Assembly (NCBI GenBank): GCA_044222185.1
Contig: JBGANV010000002.1
Span: forward strand, 704,001-768,000
Source of the DNA: Planctomycetota bacterium
GTDB taxonomy: Bacteria > Planctomycetota > GCA-002687715 > CAIWVZ01
Direction of reading: 5' to 3'
Length of the DNA stretch: 64,000 nucleotides
Both the position numbers and the translations under genes were made by a program. How positions within the stretch are numbered: position 1 is the stretch's first letter; every line of letters begins with the position of its first letter. This document shows, one piece after another, positions 55,443-64,000 of this stretch. The notes beneath the pieces are model-generated. The model ran no database searches, was not told where the DNA came from, and worked only from the letters and a program-made list of their open reading frames with translations.

Positions 55443-56567
55443 ATGAGCGAGCCGACGAAAACCGTCACGAGCCGCGCGTGGCGCTGGATCCTCTCCGCCG
55501 CCCTGTTGTCCTGCGTGGTCGCAGGCGTCGCGCGCCATTCCGGTGCCGAGCCCGAGACCGACGTGGCGGCGGGCCGTCGCGAACGGGAAGCCGCCGATCC
55601 GCCCTCGGGGCCATCGCCCTTGCCGTCTCCACGCCAGGAACTCGTCGATGGCATGGTTCACCTGGCCGGCGGGACATTCACGATGGGATCGGACGGCCCC
55701 GGTTCTCGCTCAGACGAGCGGCCCCCTCACCAGGTGCGAGTCCATGCGTTCTGGATCGACCGCACGGAGGTGACGAATGCCCAGTTCCGGCGTTTCGTCG
55801 AAGCGACGCATTACGTGACGACGGCCGAGCGGGCACCAGAGTGGGAGGAGCTCCGCAAGCAGGTTCCGGAGGGCACGGCCAAACCGCCCGATGAGATGCT
55901 CAAGCCAGGTGCGTTGGTGTTCCGCGCGCCCGATCATCCCGTGCCGCTCGACGATCCATCGGCCTGGTGGATCTGGACCATCGGTGCGGACTGGCGCCAT
56001 CCATCGGGGCCGGAGACTTCGATCGAGGGCAAGGAGAATCACCCGGTCGTGCAGGTCTCGTGGGACGACGCCGTGGCGTTCGCGACGTGGGCCGGCAAGC
56101 GGTTGCCTACGGAAGCCGAATGGGAGTTCGCCGCTCGCGGCGGGCTCGACGGCGAACCGTTCACCTGGGGTCGCGCCACCGATTCGACCTTCCGAGCCAA
56201 CCTGTGGAACGGCGCGTTCCCGTACCGCAACACGAAGGTCGACGGTCACGAGACGTCGGCCCCCGTGGGCACGTTCGCACCCAACGGATTCGGGCTCGTC
56301 GACATGGCCGGGAACGTCTGGGAGTGGTGCGCCGACTGGTACCGCCAGGACACCTACGGCCTTGCCCAAGACGCCGTCATCGACGATCCGCGCGGCCCCG
56401 AGTCGAGCTTCGACCCGACGGAGCCGACGGCGAAGAAGAGGGTCATGCGCGGCGGGTCGTTCCTCTGCCACGACTCCTATTGCACGGGATATCGGGTCAG
56501 CGCGCGGATGAAGTCCACGCCCGACTCGAGCCTGATGCACGTGGGCTTCCGCTGCGTGCGGGATTGA
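55443..56567 (+). CDS. Formylglycine-generating enzyme family protein, exported or membrane-anchored
   Basis: FTMGSD, EVTNAQF, HPVVQVSWDDA, RLPTEAEWEFAARGG, DMAGNVWEW, RGGSFLCHDSYC (Cys pair retained), GFRCV. Confidence 0.93.
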   Translation: MSEPTKTVTSRAWRWILSAALLSCVVAGVARHSGAEPETDVAAGRREREAADPPSGPSPLPSPRQELVDGMVHLAGGTFTMGSDGPGSRSDERPPHQVRVHAFWIDRTEVTNAQFRRFVEATHYVTTAERAPEWEELRKQVPEGTAKPPDEMLKPGALVFRAPDHPVPLDDPSAWWIWTIGADWRHPSGPETSIEGKENHPVVQVSWDDAVAFATWAGKRLPTEAEWEFAARGGLDGEPFTWGRATDSTFRANLWNGAFPYRNTKVDGHETSAPVGTFAPNGFGLVDMAGNVWEWCADWYRQDTYGLAQDAVIDDPRGPESSFDPTEPTAKKRVMRGGSFLCHDSYCTGYRVSARMKSTPDSSLMHVGFRCVRD

Positions 56568-56588
56568 GCGGCCCGCGGGCCGCGATCA

Positions 56589-57359
56589 TCACAGGCCGAC
56601 GGCGTGGAATCCGTTGTCCACGAAGAGAGTCTCGCCGGTGACGCCGCGCGAGAGGTCGGAGAGGAAGAAGAGCGCCGCATCGGCGACCTCGGCAACCTCG
56701 ATGTTGTCGCGCATCGGCGTCTTGTCGGCGACGATGTCGAGGACCTGGGAGAAACCGGAGATGGCGGCCGCCGCCAGGGTTTTGATGGGTCCTGCGGAGA
56801 TCGCGTTCACGCGGTGCCCCTTGGGACCGACGTCGACTGAGAGGTAGCGGACGCACGCTTCGAGCGCCGCCTTCGCCACACCCATCACGTTGTAGTGCGG
56901 GATGACCCGCTCAGACCCGATGTAGGTCAACGTGAGGAAGCTCCCGCGGCGACCTTCCATCAGCGGCACGGCGCGTTTTGCGAGCGAGACGAGCGAGTAG
57001 GCCGACACGTTCAGCGCCACCTGGAAACCATCGGCGGTGGTGGCCATGAACTCTCCGTCGAGTTCCTCCTTCTTTGCGAACGCCAGCGCATGAACGACGA
57101 AGTCGAGGTGATGCTTGTGCTTCTGGATCCAGGTGAACAGGTCATCGACCTGGGATTCCTGGGTGACGTCGCAGGGCAGGAGGTGAGGGTGATGCGGCAG
57201 CTCCGCCGCCAACGCCGCCACGTTCTCCTTCAGACGCTCGTTCTGATAGGTCAGCACGAGGTGCGCGCCTTCTTCGGCCGCGCGCTTGGCGATGCCCCAG
57301 GCGATGCTTCGCTTGTTGGCGACGCCGAGGATCACACCGGTCTTTCCCTTCAGCAGCAT
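56589..57359 (-). CDS. fabI: Enoyl-ACP reductase
   Basis: GVANKRSIAWGIA, SAYSL, YNVMGVAKAALE, RVNAISAGPIKTLA, VDNG. Confidence 0.96.
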   Translation of the reverse strand: MLLKGKTGVILGVANKRSIAWGIAKRAAEEGAHLVLTYQNERLKENVAALAAELPHHPHLLPCDVTQESQVDDLFTWIQKHKHHLDFVVHALAFAKKEELDGEFMATTADGFQVALNVSAYSLVSLAKRAVPLMEGRRGSFLTLTYIGSERVIPHYNVMGVAKAALEACVRYLSVDVGPKGHRVNAISAGPIKTLAAAAISGFSQVLDIVADKTPMRDNIEVAEVADAALFFLSDLSRGVTGETLFVDNGFHAVGL

Positions 57360-57578
57360 GAATCGCTCCTCCCGCAGTGCCGCTCCGGGCGCGGGGCCGG
57401 GAAGGTTACCGGCGCGACCTCCCTGGATCGAGGGGGCGTCGGCGAGCGGCCTCGATGATCGTTTCCCGAAACCCCGGTTCGGGTTCGGGACCGATGAGCG
57501 GAATTCTCAACGCCCCTTGGACCCGGGTGTACAGTGCCGCCGGTTTGCGCTGAGCCAGAAGACTCAAGGAGAAGAACC

Positions 57579-58052
57579 ATGCGAAGGAACCCCCTTCTTG
57601 CTGCGTCGTTCCTGCTCGTCGTCTTTGCGTCCGGTGCGTTCGGACAAAGCGTGGAACTGGGAGTTCAGAGCTGCCGACTGATCGACCTCACTCCGACGGA
57701 CAGCTTCACGCTGGGTGCCACGAGCTCATTCATGGTCGATGCGGGAGTCCCCGGCCTGGAGGGCTACTTCGTCACCGTGTGGCAGGAATATGCGCCGTGG
57801 GACAACCTCGTACATTCGATTCCAGGGATCGGCGGAGGGCTGTTCATCAATGAGCACCGCCCCTATCACATCTTCCTGCAAGGCGGCCCCATGACGGGCG
57901 GTGCGAACCCAGGCCAGTCGGTGACGATGCAGTTCACCTGGCCGACGACACCAAGCCTTCTGGGCGCGCAATTCGTGGTGCAGGGCTACGTCGTCAACTG
58001 GAATTCCACCCAACAGAACTTCACGACCGCGCTCGTCGGCACGATTCGCTGA
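57579..58052 (+). CDS. Small secreted protein consisting essentially of the shared C-terminal module
   Basis: AAGGAG upstream; signal peptide ...VFASGAFGQ; ends FTWPTTPSLLGAQFVVQGYVVN...NFTTALVGTIR. Confidence 0.8.
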   Translation: MRRNPLLAASFLLVVFASGAFGQSVELGVQSCRLIDLTPTDSFTLGATSSFMVDAGVPGLEGYFVTVWQEYAPWDNLVHSIPGIGGGLFINEHRPYHIFLQGGPMTGGANPGQSVTMQFTWPTTPSLLGAQFVVQGYVVNWNSTQQNFTTALVGTIR

Positions 58053-58175
58053 TCGGTCCGCGCCTGTCGCGGTTTCGCTCGGGCCCGCATCGCGAGTCCG
58101 TTCGTGGCCTCGGAAGGGGTCGGTCCGACCGAGGCGTGGTGCGAAAGATCCAGCGCCTCACGGGGAAGACGGGAA

Positions 58176-58397
58176 ATGCCGATCCGTTCGCTCGGTGTGG
58201 CCCGCGGCCCCGCGGTCGCGGCGCTCGTTTTGACAGCGATCGCCTGCGGGCAGCTTTCCAGTGAACCGCGCGGGATCGGCGGCACGTTCTGATTCGATTC
58301 GGCGCTGAGCCGCCCCAACCGCCTCGTGCGGGTCGCCGCCGGCACCACGGCCTACGGCGTCCTGTTGACGGCAGCGTTCACGTTGATCGGGCAGTAG
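58176..58397 (+). pseudogene. Possible remnant of a secreted-protein gene
   Basis: Signal-peptide-like AVAALVLTAIACGQ, in-frame TGA at 58290, then ...YGVLLTAAFTLIGQ* in the same frame. Confidence 0.25.
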
Positions 58398-58450
58398 GCT
58401 CGGCGGCGCACGTTGCGACGCGCGTGCCGACGCCTGGCCGGCGGCCGCGC

Positions 58451-61400
58451 TCAGTCGTGCGGTGCGCTCGCCTTCACACGGGTCATGACCGCGCGTCGCC
58501 GGGACGCGAGGTCTGCTGGCAGGTCCTGGTCGATGGCGTCATCCCGCATCAACCGCAGGTCGTGGTCGATCCGCAGGAGTCGAAGGACGAGGCGCATGTC
58601 GTCATCGCCGAGGACGGCGTCCTCGACGCGCCGCACGACCGAGTCGAACTCGTCGACTACGAGTTGAACGGCCGTGACGCGCAGTGCCGCGCGCTCGCTG
58701 CCGTCTTCGAGTTCCGCGGCTCGCAGCGCCGCCTTCGCCGCCGAGATCCGCACGGCCTCCGACAGGCTCAGGGCGAGCGAGGGATCCTTCGATAGCGCCT
58801 GTTGCATCAGGGCCAGGCCAAGACGGTAGTGCCCGCGCCGCCGCGCCACCTCGCCGTAAAAGAGACACTCCCGCGCGGGGCCGACGTCGAATTCCCGGCT
58901 GAGGTAGCGCTCGAAGCGGTCGACGAGAGGCACGATCGCCTCGCAGGCCTTCTTGCTGGCGGCGGCCGAGGCGAACCCGGGGTTGCCGTTCGCGAGCGCG
59001 AGTGCACGCGTGAACATCTCTACGGCTTCGCGCGGCTGGCCTTGGGCATCGAGGGCCATGCCGAGGTTGGCGAACGCCTCCGCGAAATCGGGTTTGATCC
59101 GCAACGCTTCGCGGGCGTGCTTCTCGGCGAGCGCATCGTCGGAGCGTGCATGAGCGATGCGCGAGGCGGTGTTGTGGATCTCGGCCGCGCCAGGAGCCAG
59201 TTCGGCGGCCCTGCGGGATGCGATCTCGGCTTCCTCGATCCGGTCCTGATCGCACAGCAGGATCGCCAGGTTGTTCCACGTGTTGGGGAACCGCGGGTCG
59301 TGCTGCGCGGCGAGCTTGTATTCGCGGATGGCGCCGGCGACGTCCCCTCGTGCCTTGAGGAGGTTGGCGAGGTTGTTGTGGGCGCCGGCGCGCTTGGGCT
59401 CGATCACGAGGCAGTCGCGGTAGGCCTGCTCGGCCTCCTCGCGCCGACCGGCCCGCGTGAGCGAGTAGGCCAGATCGAAGCGGATGCTCGCGTCCGTCGC
59501 CTCCTCCTTGCAGAGCTGCGTCAGGATGCCGACGGCTTCGTCGAACCGGCCCTTCTCCGTCAAGGCTCCGGCCTTGACCCTCGCCACCTGTACGCGAATC
59601 GCTGGATCGCCCTCGGCCTTCGCGATGGCTTCGAGGCACCGATCCGGATCGATCACGCGGTACATCACCGCGATCCAGAGGTTCGACCGTACGTCGTCGG
59701 GGAAGCGCGAGCGGATGACGCCTTCGAACTGGGTCGCGCTGTCCTGATCGCCCGCGACGTCGATCAGCGTCGCCATGGCGTAGTAATAGACCGCCCTGCG
59801 CCCGCCCGCGGCGAAGCAATGCTGCATGAACACGATGCCGTCCTTCGGCGAGAGGCCCCCCGTACCGGGGCGGTTGCCGAAAGTCGAGTTGGCGAGCAGG
59901 AACAGCGCCAATGGATCGGCCGGCCCCTGCTGCGGGGTTCGGAGGGCGTCCGCCTCGGCTTTGCGGCCGGCTCGTTCGAGGACGAGGATGCGTGCGATGC
60001 GCAGGCCGTTCGCTCGACCCTCCAGTTCGCGGCGCGAATCCAGGAGCGCGAGCGCCTCGCCTGCCCGATCCTGCGCCACGAGCGTCAGGGCGATGCCGCA
60101 GAGCATTTCCGGATCGTCGGCGTCGACCTCCTGTGCGGCGCGAAACTCCTTGAGCGCCGCGTCGTACGCCTGGGTGGTGAGGTGCAGATACCCACGTTCG
60201 ACGAAACGATCGACCCGGTCGGCCTTCTCCCGTTCCCTCGCAAGTTCCATGTCGGCGCGGATCGACGGCCACCGGGCGGCGAAGAATCCGCTGGCAGCCG
60301 CGACGACGAGCAACAGCGAGAGGAACGCGGCTCGCATGGGCTCGCGCGTGACCCAACGCCTCAGGCGAAGGATCGGCCCGATGGGGCGGGCGAGGATGGG
60401 CTCGCGCCCGCGGATCCGCCGCAGATCCTCCGCGAGATCGGCGGCGGTCTGATACCGGCGGTTCCGATCGCGCTCGATCGCGGTGAGGATCACGAGGCGA
60501 AGGTCGGCGGGGATTGCCGGGTTCAGCGCGCGTGGATCCGAGGGCCGCCCCGCGAGAACCGCCTGATAGAGGCCCTCGCGCGTTGGAGCCTCGAACGGCC
60601 GGCGCGACGTCAGCGTCTCGAAGAGGGTGACTCCGAGCGCGTAGACGTCGGAACGGCGGTCGGCCAGGTGCGGAGGCGTCTCCAACTGCTCGGGCGCGAT
60701 GTACGCGGGCGTGCCGAACACGTCGCCGGTGCGCGTGCGCGCCAGGGTGTCCGCGTCCACGTCGCGCGCGAGGCCGAAGTCGAGGATCACGGGCGTTCCG
60801 TCCGTCGCGATCATGATGTTCGCTGGCTTGAGATCGCGATGGATGATCCCGCCTTCGTGCGCAGCGTGTACGGCGCGAGCGACGGTTTCGATGATCTCGA
60901 CCTGGCGGAAGAGATCGTCTCGTCGCGTCGCCGGGGTGCTGCCTGATTGCTCGCGGCGCGTCGACGGCGCCGCGGCACGTTCGCGCTCGCGTGCAATCCG
61001 CGACGCGAGCGACTCGCCCTCGACGAAGCGCATCACGATGAAAGGCGTCCCGTTCTCCGAGCCGGTTTCGTGAATCGTGCAGATGTTCGGGTGGCTGAGG
61101 CGCGAGGCCAGCTCGGCTTCTCGGCGGAAACGATCGATCTGATCGCTGGGTGCGGCGCCGAAGCCCCGCAGGAGCTTGATTGCCACGTTGCGGTGCAGGC
61201 GTGTGTCCTCCGCGAGGTAGACCTCGCCTTGACCGCCCCGCCCGATCTCACGGAGCAGGGCGTAGGGGCCCAGGTTGCCGAGTGGGCCGACGCCCGCAGG
61301 CGTGACCTCTCCTGCGTTGGTCGCCTCGTCACCCAGCTCGGCGAACGCGCGCGCGATGGCGGCCTCGTGGCCCGGAAAACACGCGAGATACTCGGCGAGA

Positions 61401-61492
61401 GGCCGTTCCGCGCCGCGCGTCCGGTCCTCCGCGACCTGCCGGAGGAAGGCGGCGACGAACGCGTCCGAGTCGTCTGCCGAATGATCGATCAT
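58451..61492 (-). CDS. Ser/Thr protein kinase with TM helix and TPR array
   Basis: IGRGGQGEVY, VAIK, HRDLKPAN, DFGLA, YIAPEQ; TPRs (AHNNLANLL, TWNNLAILL, AFANLGMAL). Start moved to MIDHS. Confidence 0.93.
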   Translation of the reverse strand: MIDHSADDSDAFVAAFLRQVAEDRTRGAERPLAEYLACFPGHEAAIARAFAELGDEATNAGEVTPAGVGPLGNLGPYALLREIGRGGQGEVYLAEDTRLHRNVAIKLLRGFGAAPSDQIDRFRREAELASRLSHPNICTIHETGSENGTPFIVMRFVEGESLASRIARERERAAAPSTRREQSGSTPATRRDDLFRQVEIIETVARAVHAAHEGGIIHRDLKPANIMIATDGTPVILDFGLARDVDADTLARTRTGDVFGTPAYIAPEQLETPPHLADRRSDVYALGVTLFETLTSRRPFEAPTREGLYQAVLAGRPSDPRALNPAIPADLRLVILTAIERDRNRRYQTAADLAEDLRRIRGREPILARPIGPILRLRRWVTREPMRAAFLSLLLVVAAASGFFAARWPSIRADMELAREREKADRVDRFVERGYLHLTTQAYDAALKEFRAAQEVDADDPEMLCGIALTLVAQDRAGEALALLDSRRELEGRANGLRIARILVLERAGRKAEADALRTPQQGPADPLALFLLANSTFGNRPGTGGLSPKDGIVFMQHCFAAGGRRAVYYYAMATLIDVAGDQDSATQFEGVIRSRFPDDVRSNLWIAVMYRVIDPDRCLEAIAKAEGDPAIRVQVARVKAGALTEKGRFDEAVGILTQLCKEEATDASIRFDLAYSLTRAGRREEAEQAYRDCLVIEPKRAGAHNNLANLLKARGDVAGAIREYKLAAQHDPRFPNTWNNLAILLCDQDRIEEAEIASRRAAELAPGAAEIHNTASRIAHARSDDALAEKHAREALRIKPDFAEAFANLGMALDAQGQPREAVEMFTRALALANGNPGFASAAASKKACEAIVPLVDRFERYLSREFDVGPARECLFYGEVARRRGHYRLGLALMQQALSKDPSLALSLSEAVRISAAKAALRAAELEDGSERAALRVTAVQLVVDEFDSVVRRVEDAVLGDDDMRLVLRLLRIDHDLRLMRDDAIDQDLPADLASRRRAVMTRVKASAPHD

Positions 61493-61500
61493 GGCGGGAC

Positions 61501-61506
61501 ATGATA
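61501..61506 (-). promoter_or_regulatory. Putative -10 box of a leaderless transcript
   Basis: TATCAT 8 nt before ATG 61492; no SD sequence. Confidence 0.45.
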
Positions 61507-61557
61507 GTCTCGCGCGACGTCGATCGCCCGAAGGCCGATAGCGTCCGATGAGCAAAG

Positions 61558-62211
61558 ATGAACCGCGCCGCTGATTCAGACCCGGACACGGGTGATGACA
61601 TGACGACCATGCACGTGAGGCGTGCCGTCGGCGGCGACCTGACGAGCCTTGGCTGGGTCGTGTCGCGGCTCGCGCCGCTTCTCATGGCACAGGCGAGCTG
61701 GAGACTGGGGCCGTCGCTGCGCAGGTACTACGACCCCGAGGATCTGGTGAGCGATGCGTGGGCCGTGACGCTGCCGAGGCTCTCGACGCTGCCCATGCGC
61801 GACGGCCGGATCAGTCCCGTGCTCCTGCGGTTCCTGTCGACGGCTCTGGTGAACCGCGTCAACAACCTGGCGAAGAAACACCTCCGGCGCGGTCGCGGAA
61901 ATGCCGATCCTCCATCGACCGACGACTCCGAAGGTGACATCCTCGCTGCAATCCCCGCCGACGCATCCGGCGTCGTCACGGCCGCGGTGAAGCGGGAAGT
62001 TCGCAGCCAGGTCATCACGTGCATCGACGAACTGGACCCCGTCGACCGCGAGATCCTGATGCTTCGCGGGATCGAGCAGCGCACGCCGCAGACCGTCGCG
62101 CAGCTTCTCGGGTTGACGACGGACGCAGTCGGCATGCGCTTCCATCGGGCGCTCAAGCGGCTGCGCGAGCGGCTCCCTGGATCCGTCTTCGACGACCTGC
62201 CGGCCGCCTGA
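61558..62211 (+). CDS. ECF sigma factor, divergent from the kinase gene
   Basis: RLGPSLRRYYDPEDLVSDAW (region 2); LDPVDREILMLRGIE...VAQLLG...RFHRALKRLRE (region 4). Confidence 0.9.
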   Translation: MNRAADSDPDTGDDMTTMHVRRAVGGDLTSLGWVVSRLAPLLMAQASWRLGPSLRRYYDPEDLVSDAWAVTLPRLSTLPMRDGRISPVLLRFLSTALVNRVNNLAKKHLRRGRGNADPPSTDDSEGDILAAIPADASGVVTAAVKREVRSQVITCIDELDPVDREILMLRGIEQRTPQTVAQLLGLTTDAVGMRFHRALKRLRERLPGSVFDDLPAA

Positions 62212-62278
62212 CCGCGCTCGCCCGCGGCTACGCTCGCAGCCGCATTGCGTGCGCGCGGACCGTTCGGAGAATCGAGCC

Positions 62279-63313
62279 ATGAAGTTTCAGGACTACTACG
62301 AGGTGCTCGGGGTCCCGCGAACGGCCACGACGGACGAGATCAAGGCGGCGTACCGCAAGCTCGCGATGAAGTGGCACCCCGACCGGTACAAGGGCACCGA
62401 CAAGAAGGGCGCCGAGGACACCTTCAAGCGGATGAACGAGGCGTACGAGGTTCTCTCCGACCCCGAGAAGCGCAAGAAGTTCGACGCGTTCGGCGAGCAT
62501 TGGCGCCACGGGGAGGACTTCACTCCTCCGCCCGGTGCGCGCGGGCAGCGCATGTCCCAGGAAGAGTTCGAACAGATGTTCGGCGGCGGCGACTTCTCCG
62601 ACTTCTTCACGTCGATCTTCGGCGGCGGGGCCGGCGGTGGCGGGCGACGAACGGGGCGTGGCGGGGCGCGTCGTTCCCAGCCCCGTCCGCCCGCGGACGA
62701 CGGTGACGTGCGCGCCGAACTGGCCGTCGGAATCGGCGACGCGATCCGCGGCGGCAAGCATCAGTTCCGGATCGAGGCGCCGTCGATGTGCGCCCGCTGC
62801 TCGGGTTCCGGAGTTTCGGCGCGAGGGCGTTGTCCCGCGTGCGGCGGGATGGGCCAGACCTCCCAGTCGCGAACCGTCGAAGTCGCGATCCCCAAGGGCA
62901 CGGCCGACGGCGCCCAGCTGCGATTGCGCGGACTCGGCAACCCGTCCGAGGACGGCACGCCCGGGGATCTCTATCTGAACATCCGCCTCGTCGCCGACGA
63001 CGACTACCGCATGCGCGGGGACGACATCGAAGCGGACGTCCCGATCACGCCGTGGGAGGCGATCGAGGGGACGCGAGTCGACGTCCGCACGCCGTCCGGT
63101 CTCGTGACCCTGACGATCCCGCCTGGGACGAAGGCCGGGGCACGGTTGCGCATCCGCGGAATGGGCCTGGACGGTGCGCGCAAGCCTGCCGGCGACTTCT
63201 TCGCCGTCGTGCGATTGGCGTTGCCGGAGACGCTCACACCTCGACAACGTGAGCTGTTGGTCGAGGCGGGGCGGGCATCGAAGGGCGGGGCTGCCGGCGG
63301 CGCACGCGAGTAG
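62279..63313 (+). CDS. DnaJ-class chaperone (CbpA-like)
   Basis: DYYEVLGV, WHPD, EAYEVLSDPEKR, FSDFF; two CxxCxGxG motifs; GDLYL; PWEA. Confidence 0.93.
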   Translation: MKFQDYYEVLGVPRTATTDEIKAAYRKLAMKWHPDRYKGTDKKGAEDTFKRMNEAYEVLSDPEKRKKFDAFGEHWRHGEDFTPPPGARGQRMSQEEFEQMFGGGDFSDFFTSIFGGGAGGGGRRTGRGGARRSQPRPPADDGDVRAELAVGIGDAIRGGKHQFRIEAPSMCARCSGSGVSARGRCPACGGMGQTSQSRTVEVAIPKGTADGAQLRLRGLGNPSEDGTPGDLYLNIRLVADDDYRMRGDDIEADVPITPWEAIEGTRVDVRTPSGLVTLTIPPGTKAGARLRIRGMGLDGARKPAGDFFAVVRLALPETLTPRQRELLVEAGRASKGGAAGGARE

Positions 63314-63316
63314 TCA

Positions 63317-63970
63317 TCAGGCGCGGGCGTAGACTCGCTGCGCGCCGAAGCCGAACGCCACCAGATCCCCGGACCGCTCCAGGTCGACGAACGCTCGCCG
63401 CGCGCGCTGAACGCCCACGTTGTTGGCCTTGGCGAAGGCCGCGACGGTGGCGTCTCCGCCGGGCCGGTCGGACTTGCGGGTGCGCTGTTCGACCCAGGCG
63501 AGCACGCGCCGTTCCAAGGCATCCTTCGGCCCCGCTCGACCCGAGTGACCCCGAAGGGCCTTCAGCGTGGCGCCACTCGCCGTGCGGTTGCTCGATCCGA
63601 CGCGGACGACGATCTCTCGTGTCCCGTCGTCGTGCAGCACGACGTGAGGCCGATGACCGGAGAGCGGAACCCACGCGCAGATCACGGGGAGCCCGTCGAT
63701 GCGGAGGACGTCCACGTCGATCCGCGCGGGCGGCTCCACGTACCGCTCCGCGATCGCTCGGATGTGCATCGCCGTTTCCGACACCCGCCCCGCGCCGACG
63801 ACGCGCCCCTTGTCGTCGACGCCGACGAGCAGCAGGCCGCCCCGTGTGTTCGCGAAGGCACAGATCGTGCGCGCGGCCTTATCATCGCGAGGCAGCCCGC
63901 TCTTGAATTCGAGCGCGCGGCCCTCGCCGTCTTCCAGGAGCGATCGGATCTGCTGTTCGGTGAATCCCAC
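63317..63970 (-). CDS. Schlafen / AlbA_2 domain protein with putative C-terminal winged helix
   Basis: GEGRALEFKS, ICAFANTRGGLLLVGVDDKG..VG, VRVGSSNRTA. Confidence 0.85.
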   Translation of the reverse strand: MGFTEQQIRSLLEDGEGRALEFKSGLPRDDKAARTICAFANTRGGLLLVGVDDKGRVVGAGRVSETAMHIRAIAERYVEPPARIDVDVLRIDGLPVICAWVPLSGHRPHVVLHDDGTREIVVRVGSSNRTASGATLKALRGHSGRAGPKDALERRVLAWVEQRTRKSDRPGGDATVAAFAKANNVGVQRARRAFVDLERSGDLVAFGFGAQRVYARA

Positions 63971-64000
63971 GAGAGTCGGGCCAGAGCGTAGCCCGCGACC

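Noticed and set aside
58290-58292. In-frame TGA as selenocysteine or recoding
   Set aside because: No redox-motif context or recognisable SECIS; TGA is the ordinary stop codon throughout this window.

Overview
High-GC bacterial DNA with about 35 genuine CDSs; no rRNA, tRNA, CRISPR array or mobile element was recognised. Gene content (kinase-linked ECF sigma factors, several Hanks-type Ser/Thr kinases, FGE-fold proteins, many secreted FG-GAP/IPT/NHL proteins) suggests a Planctomycetota genome (inference). Housekeeping genes: rpsO-pnp, a cold-shock protein, a transketolase-family enzyme, fabI, clpS, a DnaJ/CbpA chaperone, an APC permease, a large MscS channel and a LytS/LytTR pair. A radical SAM gene running off the left edge is missing from the ORF track. 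Two signals stand out. (1) Seven signal-peptide proteins, six of them distinct in cargo type, end in a similar ~110-140 aa C-terminal module (h-x-h-P...G-x-x-h-x-h-Q-[GA]-h-h...[TS]-x-x-h-x-h-COOH), and one protein is almost only this module: a candidate lineage-specific secretion/sorting domain. (2) A ~1190 aa TIR-STAND NTPase has a TANC/Rols-like P-loop and a LysM-like segment near its C-terminus: a candidate NLR-like defence receptor. All family calls are from motif recognition by eye, and many starts were moved downstream of the ORF-track starts.
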